A stretch of DNA of 64,000 nucleotides from Spirochaetia bacterium. GTDB taxonomy: Bacteria > Spirochaetota > Spirochaetia > SZUA-6 > Bin103. Location: assembly GCA_965203905.1 (NCBI GenBank), contig CBDBDQ010000005.1, positions 6,176,001 through 6,240,000 on the forward strand. Reading direction: 5' to 3'. Positions 59,101 to 64,000 of the stretch are shown here, piece by piece (the first letter of the stretch is position 1; each line of letters begins with the position of its first letter). Both the position numbers and the translations under genes were made by a program. Under the pieces are notes generated by a model. That model saw only the letters and a program-made list of their open reading frames with translations, had not been told where the DNA came from and did no database searches.

Positions 59101-60843
59101 CTGCCGCCGACCGCGGCGGAAGCGGCACAGGCCGCCGCAGCGGCGGCGATCGCGCAGGCCGAGTCTGACGCGGCCGCGGCAGTTGCACAGGCCGAGGCCG
59201 ATGCGGCTGCGGCGGTGAGCGACGCGCAGGCCGCCGCGGCTGCGGCGATGGCCGAAGCCGAAGCCGCGCAAGCCGCTGCCGACGCGGCACAGGCGGCCGC
59301 GGACGCCGCTGCCGCCGAGGCCGCGGCGGCACAGGCCAAGGTCGACGAGATGATGGCCGCTGCCCACCAGCCTTCCGAGGTGATGATCTCGGCCGCGATG
59401 CTCGACCCGGGCAAGGCAAGCCTGGATCAGGTACAGGTCTCCCTGGCCGGTCCGGACGCCATCTACATCTCCAACATCATGTACGACGGCATGCCCTACT
59501 CGGCACTGCTCAAGTACAGTGGCGGCACCTCCGCCACGGTGGAGGCGGTCTATGGGGCTTCCGGCAAGCTGATTCCCGACTCCGTGGGTCTGTCGCAGGT
59601 CGAGCTGGCCTTCGTGGCACCCGCGTCGGTCGAGATCACCAACGTGGAAGTTGGTGGAGTGGGTTACGCCGGCACCCTGGAGTACGCCGGTGGCAACCAG
59701 TTGCGGGTCACCGGCATCCGCCAGGTCACCCTGCCGCCGACCGAAGCCGAGTTGGCGCGAGCGGAAGCGGCCGCGGCCATGGCCGATGCCGAGCAGGCAA
59801 AGGATGCCGCGGCGGCGGCGATGGCGGACGCCGATGCGGCAAACGCGATGGTCGCCGAGCTGAATGCCCAAATCAAGAAGCTCACGGACGGTATCCCGCT
59901 GGTGGGTATCAATCCGGGCCTGCTTGATCTGCAAGACGCGCGGCTCACCATCGCCGGACCCGATTCGATCTACCTCTCCGGCATCCAGTACGCCGGCAAG
60001 GATGTCTCGACGCGGATCCGCTACTCACAGGGCACGGGCACCGCGGAAGCGGTCTTCGAGTCCACCTCCTCTCTGGCGGACGTGCTGAACATGCACGCCG
60101 CACAGGTCGAACTCGCGGGCGACGCCCTGGTGGTGTCCAACGTGGGCATCCGCGGGCGGGCGCATACCTTGACCTTGACCTTCAACGACGAGGGCCGGGT
60201 CGACATTTCCGCGCGGGACGACGGCTGGGCCGTCAGGACCGTCGGCGAGCTGCGCCGCGACAAGCTGATCACCGAAGGCACGTACCTGGTGAACGGCTTT
60301 GCCGGGGGCAGGCCGCTGCCGAACGAAGGTGCTTGGAGCGAAAGCGGCGGCTCCGTCGTACAGACCGATTCCGGCGCCAGTCACGCCAAGTACACGATCC
60401 CCGCGTCGCAGTCCGGCTCGGAACTGCTGTTCGGAGTTACCGCCAGTGCCGGAGAAGGCAGCCACAAGGTGGGCTTCGGCCTGCACCTGCTTGCCTCCGA
60501 TACCCCGGAATCCGGAAACACCTGGAACTACGGACGTTCGTACCTGATCTGGGCGACCCGGGATCCGTTCTACGACACCGACGCGACTCACCTGCAGTTC
60601 TACGAGTCACGTGACAACAACACCCTGACCTGGCTTGCGAGCCGCCGTATCAACCAGTCGCTGAGTGCGCCGCTGACGCTGGAGGCTCTCTACCAGAACA
60701 ACGGCATCGTGACGCTGCTGGTAGGCGGTGAGGAACAGCTCAGCCTGAACATCGGGACCGAGATCTCCGCGGGCGACAGCATCGCGTTGCGCTCCCTCGG
60801 TGGTCCGGTCGAGTTCACCCAGGTCTACGTCACCGCGCGCTGA
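53158..60843 (+). CDS. Giant tandem-repeat putative lipoprotein (2561 aa)
   Basis: Basic N-region, hydrophobic stretch and IVATAC lipobox-like site; 10 near-identical ~130-aa beta-rich domains plus 1 divergent copy, separated by Ala-rich coiled-coil linkers; unique C-terminal beta domain. Confidence 0.9.
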   Translation: MNNISLEMEAPTASSFAAVRQSNPYTLSLTPTRPRPRFGRLRVFLVSACAIVATACASLSAPGNGDEEPITQADLDAVRSEADQAMAAAKAAEAALSEAQAAADAEVRAAQAEAEQARAEASAAQADAQEALADAQEALADATVAQQDAARARAAESEAMAKVDAMMMAAHHPSEVMISPDMLDISLLDLDQAQASLAGRDSIYISSISYDGAMYSALLKYEGGTTATVEAVFGASGKLIPDTVGLGMTELSVLAPDKVVVSNVEVGGVGYSGELQYVGGNRLQVAGIRRVALPPTAAEQIAALEAELAAAQAAADAAMADADAAMADADAAMADKAAAMADAEAAMADAEAARAAADASAAEAEAAMAKVDAMMMAAHHPAEVMVSASMLDPSQANIDNAQVSLAGPDSIYISNILYAGVPYSALLKYTGGTSATVEAVYGPMGKLIPDSVGLSQTELAFVPPASLAVSNVEVGGVGYSGTLEYAGGNQLRVTGIRRVTLPPTAAEAAQAAAAAAIAQAEADAAAAVSAAQAAADAAVSAAEAEAEAAMADMAAAMADADAAMAAASTAEAEAAAAQAKVDAMMMDAYQPSEVMVSAAMLDPSLANIDNVQVSLAGPDAIYISNIMYDGAPYSALLRYRGGTSATVEAVYGPMGKLIPDSVGLSQTELAFVAPASLAVENVEVGGVGYSGTLEYAGGNQLRVTGIRRVDLPLTAAEMAEAENDQLKATIAEQSDQIAALEAALAEAEAATAAAMAEGEAATAAAMAEAAAAMADAEAAMAEATAAQAKVDTMMMAAHQPSEVMVSAAMLDPSLANIDNAQVSLAGPDSIYISNIMYDGVPYSALLKYSGGTSATVEAVYGPMGKLIPDSVGLSQTELEFVAPASLAVSNVEVGGVGYSGTLEYAGGNQLRVTGIRRVTLPPTEAEAAAAAIAQAEADAAAAVNAAQAATDAAMADAEAAHAAADAAMADADAAMAGADAAAADAEAARAEAAAAQAEASAAQAEVDAMMMAAHQPSEVMVSAAMLDPSLANIDNAQVSLAGPDSIYISNIMYDGVPYSALLKYSGGTSATVEAVYGPMGKLIPDSVGLSQTGLEFVAPASLAVSNVEVGGVGYSGTLEYAGGNQLRVTGIRRVTLPPTEAEAAAAAIAQAEADAAAAVNAAQAATDAAMADAEAAHAAADAAMADADAAMAGADAAAADAEAARAEAAAAQAQVDAMMMAAYQPSEVMVSAAMLDPSLANIDNAQVSLAGPDSIYISNIMYAGVPYSALLKYSGGTSATVEAVYGPMGKLIPDSVGLSQVELDFVAPASLNVSNVEVGGVGYSGTLEYAGGNQLRVTGIRRVTLPPTAEEAAAAAIGEAEADAAAAVSAAQADADAAMADAEAAQAATDAAMADAEAAAADAEAARAEAAAAQAEASAAQAQVDAMMMAAYQPSEVMVSAAMLDPSLANIDNAQVSLAGPDSIYISNIRYAGAPYSALLKYSGGTSATVEAVYGPMGKLIPDSVGLSQVELEFVAPASLNVSNVEVGGVGYSGTLEYAGGNQLRVTGIRRVTLPPTEAEAAQAAAAAAIAQAEADAAAAVSDAQADADAAVGEAQAAADMAVSEAQAAADMAVSEAQAAADAAVSAAMADAEAAQAKVDAMMAAAYQPSEVMVSAAMLDPSLANIDNAQVSLAGPDSIYISNIRYAGAPYSALLKYSGGTSATIEAVYGPMGKLIPDSVGLSQVELEFVAPASLNVSNVEVGGVGYSGTLEYAGGNQLRVTGIRQVTLPPTAEEAAAAAIAEAEADAAAAVSAAQADAAAAVSAAQAAADAAMADADAAQASADAAMADADAAMADADAARAEADAAQAKVDEMMMAAYQPSEVMVSAAMLDPSLANIDNAQVSLAGPDSIYISNISYAGAPYSALLKYSGGTSATIEAVYGPMGKLIPDSVGLSQVELEFVAPASLAVSNVEVGGVGYSGTLEYAGGNQLRVTGIRRVTLPPTAAEAAQAAAAAAIAQAESDAAAAVAQAEADAAAAVSDAQAAAAAAMAEAEAAQAAADAAQAAADAAAAEAAAAQAKVDEMMAAAHQPSEVMISAAMLDPGKASLDQVQVSLAGPDAIYISNIMYDGMPYSALLKYSGGTSATVEAVYGASGKLIPDSVGLSQVELAFVAPASVEITNVEVGGVGYAGTLEYAGGNQLRVTGIRQVTLPPTEAELARAEAAAAMADAEQAKDAAAAAMADADAANAMVAELNAQIKKLTDGIPLVGINPGLLDLQDARLTIAGPDSIYLSGIQYAGKDVSTRIRYSQGTGTAEAVFESTSSLADVLNMHAAQVELAGDALVVSNVGIRGRAHTLTLTFNDEGRVDISARDDGWAVRTVGELRRDKLITEGTYLVNGFAGGRPLPNEGAWSESGGSVVQTDSGASHAKYTIPASQSGSELLFGVTASAGEGSHKVGFGLHLLASDTPESGNTWNYGRSYLIWATRDPFYDTDATHLQFYESRDNNTLTWLASRRINQSLSAPLTLEALYQNNGIVTLLVGGEEQLSLNIGTEISAGDSIALRSLGGPVEFTQVYVTAR
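53660..60200 (+). repeat. Intragenic tandem repeat, period ~625-650 bp, 10 copies plus 1 degenerate
   Basis: Units begin near 53670, 54295, 54920, 55550, 56200, 56825, 57450, 58095, 58735, 59365 and (divergent) 59895. Confidence 0.93.
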
Positions 60844-60855
60844 GCGCACGGCGAC

Positions 60856-60894
60856 CGGTAGCGTGATCCTCCCTCACGGCGGATCACGCTACCG
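60856..60894 (+). terminator. Strong stem-loop after giant gene
   Basis: Perfect 14-bp inverted repeat CGGTAGCGTGATCC / GGATCACGCTACCG; no clear U-tract. Confidence 0.65.
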
Positions 60895-60910
60895 AAGTTG
60901 CCACCCCTCT

Positions 60911-60939
60911 TTATCCACAGGTTGTCCACTTTATCCACA
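60911..60939 (+). promoter_or_regulatory. Cluster of three co-oriented DnaA boxes
   Basis: TTATCCACA 60911-60919, TTGTCCACT 60922-60930, TTATCCACA 60931-60939. Confidence 0.8.
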
Positions 60940-61035
60940 AGCGTCACACGAGTCAGCGTTGAGCGAAGCTGCCTCACACTGGCGTGTGAAGAATCGTCAT
61001 CGGCTCTGCTTGCAAGGCTGCCGGGAGGCAATTGC

Positions 61036-61863
61036 ATGAGTACCCGCTACCTGAGCGAGGATCAGGTCGCCTTCTTCTGGGAACATGGCTATCTGCGCAT
61101 GGAGCAGGTGTTTACGCCCGACGAGATGGACGAGCTGGACACGGAGATGGACCGCCTCATGGTGGAGTGGGCCAACTACGCCGCGGGCTGGAGCGGAGAC
61201 TGGCGCAAGGTGTACATGGACGAGGAGACCGAGAAGCAGTCCAAGTTGATCGCCATGCACGATCTCTGGTACTACTCCGCGGCCTGGACCCGCGCGGTGC
61301 TGAACCCGAACCTGGCAGCCGCGATGAGCGACCTGCTGGGATCGGATGTCGAGTTGCATCATGCCACCATGCACGTCAAGCCGCCGGAGACCGGGCACCC
61401 GTTCCCCATGCACCAGGACAACGCGTTCTACGCCCACCGGACCGACCGCTTCATCGACACACTGGTGCACCTGGATGACACCAACGCGGAGAACGGCGAG
61501 ATCCGCTTCCTCGACGGTTCGCACAAGCTGGGGCCGCTGGACCACATCCGGCGCACGGCGAGCGGCGAGAAGTGCACCCCGCACCTGCCCACCGACGAGT
61601 GGCACCTGGAGGACACCGTGGCGGTGCCGGCCCGGCGCGGCGACGTGGTCTGCTTCAACCTGTACACGGTGCACGGCTCCTACCTGAATCGCACGGCGCG
61701 CGCCCGGCGCATGGTGCGGGTGGGTTACCGCGATCCGCGCAACGAGCAGATCGGCGGCCAGAGCAGCGAGCGGGCCCCGTGGATGGTGGCCGGACAGCGC
61801 CGCCGCGATCCCGGCATGGAGCTGTACGACACCCAGAGCAGTCCCCTGGACCGCGACCGCTGA
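61036..61863 (+). CDS. Phytanoyl-CoA dioxygenase (PhyH) family Fe/2OG oxygenase
   Basis: FFWEHGYL, KPP, HQD, ENG.I.FLDGSHK, GDVVCF...VHGS..N. Confidence 0.92.
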   Translation: MSTRYLSEDQVAFFWEHGYLRMEQVFTPDEMDELDTEMDRLMVEWANYAAGWSGDWRKVYMDEETEKQSKLIAMHDLWYYSAAWTRAVLNPNLAAAMSDLLGSDVELHHATMHVKPPETGHPFPMHQDNAFYAHRTDRFIDTLVHLDDTNAENGEIRFLDGSHKLGPLDHIRRTASGEKCTPHLPTDEWHLEDTVAVPARRGDVVCFNLYTVHGSYLNRTARARRMVRVGYRDPRNEQIGGQSSERAPWMVAGQRRRDPGMELYDTQSSPLDRDR

Positions 61864-61936
61864 GCACGGCGGCCGGCCGCGGGGCTACCCCCGACCGGAG
61901 ACGGCTACCCCGTCGGGGCCGCGCATGCCACGGTGC

Positions 61937-63346
61937 TCAGCCCGCCGGCGCGAGCTGGATCTTGAAGGTATAGGCGTGGTCGCCCTTCAGGCGGCGCGGC
62001 ACCTTGATGCGCAGCCCCGCGTCCGAGCGCTGCCAGCGCAGTTCACCGGGCACTCCCAGGGCGCTGACCGACCGTACCTCGTCCTCGTAGAACAGGCGGA
62101 ACGCCTTGACCGTGAGGGCATCGCCCGGGCGTCCCAGGCAGATGGCGTACACCGCGTCGTCCCTGGTGGTGAAACGGACGTCCTCGGCGGTGAAACGCGG
62201 CTCGCTCTTCTCGGTGAAGTGGCCGCTGCCCTCCGGCTTGGTGGGCCCTTCGCCGTAGGACACCCACGGCGTGGTACCGAAGATCGCTTCGCCATTGACC
62301 TCCAGCCAGCGGCCGATGCCGCGCAGACACTCCACCGCCGGTGCCGGAATGGTGCCGTCGGGACGCGGACCGACGTTGAGCAGCAGGTGCCCGTTCTTGC
62401 TGACCCGGTCCACCAGGTTGTGCACCAGGCGTTCCACCGACTTGTAGCCGGCATCCTCGACGTACGACCACACGCCGTGAGCATCGACCGTGGTGTCGGT
62501 CAGCCAGACGTGGTTGGTCAGATCCCACATGCGGCCCAGTTCCAGGTCTGCCACGCCAGTCATCGGCGGCAGGTTGAACCAGCCCTTGGGTATCTCCTTG
62601 AAGGTCACCACCACGTCCCTGCCCCACTCCCGCTCCTTGTTGTAGTAGTAGGCCAGGAACCGCTTGCGGCGCTGCTCGCGGATGAAGCCGAGCCCGAAGT
62701 CGAACCAGATCAGGTCGGGCCGGTAGCCGTCGATCACCTCGTAGAGCTTGCCCTCCCAACGGTCCAGAAACCACTCGTCCGGGCGCTCGGCGGCGCCGTG
62801 CGGGCCGGTGTACAGGTCGCGATAGCGGGGGTCCGCGCAATCGTAGCGCGAGTCGTGGGTGGGGAACATGTACCAGTTCTGGGCGTGGTGGAAGGTGGCG
62901 GCGAATTTCATCCCCCGGGCGCGAATCGCCGCCGCCAGCTCGCCGGTGACGTCCCGTTTCGGACCCATCCGCGCGGCGTTCCAGGAGTTGATGCGCGAGT
63001 CCCACATGGAGAACCCGTCGTGGTGTTCCGCTACCGGACCGGCGAAGCGCGCACCGGAAGCCGCGAACAGCTCCGCCCACTCGTCGGCATCGAACTTCTC
63101 CGCGGTAAACCGTTCGATCAGTTCCTTGTAGCCACACTGTTCCGGCGCACCGAAGGTCTCGCTGTGGTAGCGGTACTCCGGCCGTTCCGGGTCGTACATG
63201 TGCCTGGGATACCAGGTGCCGTTGGTACCGTACGCCGCCACCGAGTAGGGACCCCAGTGCGTATAGATGCCGTACTTGGCCTCCAGAAACCAGCGCGGCG
63301 TCGGATGAGTCGCCAGAGACGACCAGGTTGGTTGGTACTCGCCCAT
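61937..63346 (-). CDS. Alpha-L-fucosidase (GH29)
   Basis: WFLEAKYGIYTHWG, AEHHDGF, PDLIWFD nucleophile, VSKNGHLLLNVGP, GEAIFGTTPW; AAGGAGG RBS. Confidence 0.93.
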   Translation of the reverse strand: MGEYQPTWSSLATHPTPRWFLEAKYGIYTHWGPYSVAAYGTNGTWYPRHMYDPERPEYRYHSETFGAPEQCGYKELIERFTAEKFDADEWAELFAASGARFAGPVAEHHDGFSMWDSRINSWNAARMGPKRDVTGELAAAIRARGMKFAATFHHAQNWYMFPTHDSRYDCADPRYRDLYTGPHGAAERPDEWFLDRWEGKLYEVIDGYRPDLIWFDFGLGFIREQRRKRFLAYYYNKEREWGRDVVVTFKEIPKGWFNLPPMTGVADLELGRMWDLTNHVWLTDTTVDAHGVWSYVEDAGYKSVERLVHNLVDRVSKNGHLLLNVGPRPDGTIPAPAVECLRGIGRWLEVNGEAIFGTTPWVSYGEGPTKPEGSGHFTEKSEPRFTAEDVRFTTRDDAVYAICLGRPGDALTVKAFRLFYEDEVRSVSALGVPGELRWQRSDAGLRIKVPRRLKGDHAYTFKIQLAPAG

Positions 63347-63408
63347 GACTCTATCTGTTTCCTCCTTGAAACAGTGTGGTTGGCTGTCCTGTCGGTGCAG
63401 GCGGTTGG

Positions 63409-63765
63409 TTACAGGTCGATGATCAGCCGCCCGGCGGCGAAGCGTGCCGGGTAGCGACGCACGCGCACGTTGGGGGTCGCGAGCGCGCTGCCGTCGCTGA
63501 GACGAAACGCCCAGCCGTGCCACGGGCACTGCAGCACCGCCTCGCGACCGGTAAACACGGGGCGCCCCGACTCCAGACGGGCGCAGGCCTGCTCCCGCAC
63601 GCGTCCCGACGACAACGCGGCGCCCTGGTGTGGGCACTGGTCGCGCAGTGCGTGCAGCCGCCCGCCGCGGTGCACCACCACCAGCGCCCGGTTGCCCGCC
63701 TGCACGCGGCGCATGCTGCCCTCCGGAAACGCGTCCTCCGGACCTACGTCTACCGGCGTGGCCAC
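63409..63765 (-). CDS. Rieske [2Fe-2S] ferredoxin
   Basis: CPHQGA...CPWHGW. Confidence 0.92.
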   Translation of the reverse strand: MATPVDVGPEDAFPEGSMRRVQAGNRALVVVHRGGRLHALRDQCPHQGAALSSGRVREQACARLESGRPVFTGREAVLQCPWHGWAFRLSDGSALATPNVRVRRYPARFAAGRLIIDL

Positions 63766-63807
63766 AGGCCTCCCCGACCGCGGACCGTCGCTGCGCGCGA
63801 GGTACGG

Positions 63808-64000
63808 CTACCCGGCACGCTCGAAGTCGTAGAATGCGCGGGCGTTGTCGGCGACCACGGCGCGGCGCAATGGCGTGTCTCCCAATGCCTGCAGCGCACG
63901 GTCGGGGGCGTCGAAGTCCCAGTGCGGGTAGTCGGTGGCGAACATCAGGAAGTCGTCGCGCCCGAGCATGGCGATGACCTGGCGCAGGTGCTGCGGGTCT
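63808..64000 (-). CDS. Amidohydrolase_2 family protein (3' end only)
   Basis: LMFATDYPHWDFD...ADNARAFY then TAG at 63808; 5' part lies outside the window. Confidence 0.85.
   Translation of the reverse strand, partial: DPQHLRQVIAMLGRDDFLMFATDYPHWDFDAPDRALQALGDTPLRRAVVADNARAFYDFERAG

Noticed and set aside
53971-59934. 1987-aa antisense ORF inside the giant gene
   Set aside because: Shadow frame caused by GC-rich, Ala-rich codon usage; Arg/Gly/His-rich sequence with no motifs.
53660-60200. CRISPR-like repeat/spacer periodicity
   Set aside because: Repeats are ~390 bp, in frame and protein-coding; no cas genes.
60973-60988. CRP/FNR site
   Set aside because: Half-sites are TCACA..TGTGA, the reverse of the TGTGA-N6-TCACA consensus.

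Overview
Very GC-rich (roughly 70%) bacterial chromosomal segment. It is most consistent with an aerobic Spirochaetota member, possibly host- or sponge-associated; this is inference from an orphan fliG, a cyclophilin-FKBP fusion, a V-type ATPase, and ankyrin/TPR genes. Contents in order: a divergent FTR1 iron permease / imelysin pair; a folate C1 cluster (MetF with fused MetV-like domain, AcsE-like methyltransferase, PF13769 protein, fhs, CobW-like GTPase) interrupted by an accessory block (ankyrin, frameshifted STAND-like ATPase, TPR protein, and a duplication/insertion scar at the fhs 3' end); a decayed AAA_21 module; thioredoxin, Hsp33, polysaccharide lyase, GT4, ctaA-ctaB; sugar-catabolic genes and pgi; ddl and ogg; a truncated hipBA; a complete, probably Na+-coupled V/A-type ATPase operon; tRNA-Val(GAC); an RRM protein, fliG and a PPIase; a 2561-aa tandem-repeat lipoprotein followed by a DnaA-box cluster; then PhyH, GH29 fucosidase, Rieske ferredoxin and a partial amidohydrolase. 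The best candidates for undescribed biology are the split ATPase + TPR (NLR-like) module, the giant beaded coiled-coil lipoprotein, the orphan DnaA-box trio, and several cleanly deleted 'ghost' genes. All calls come from motif recognition by eye; no database searches were run.
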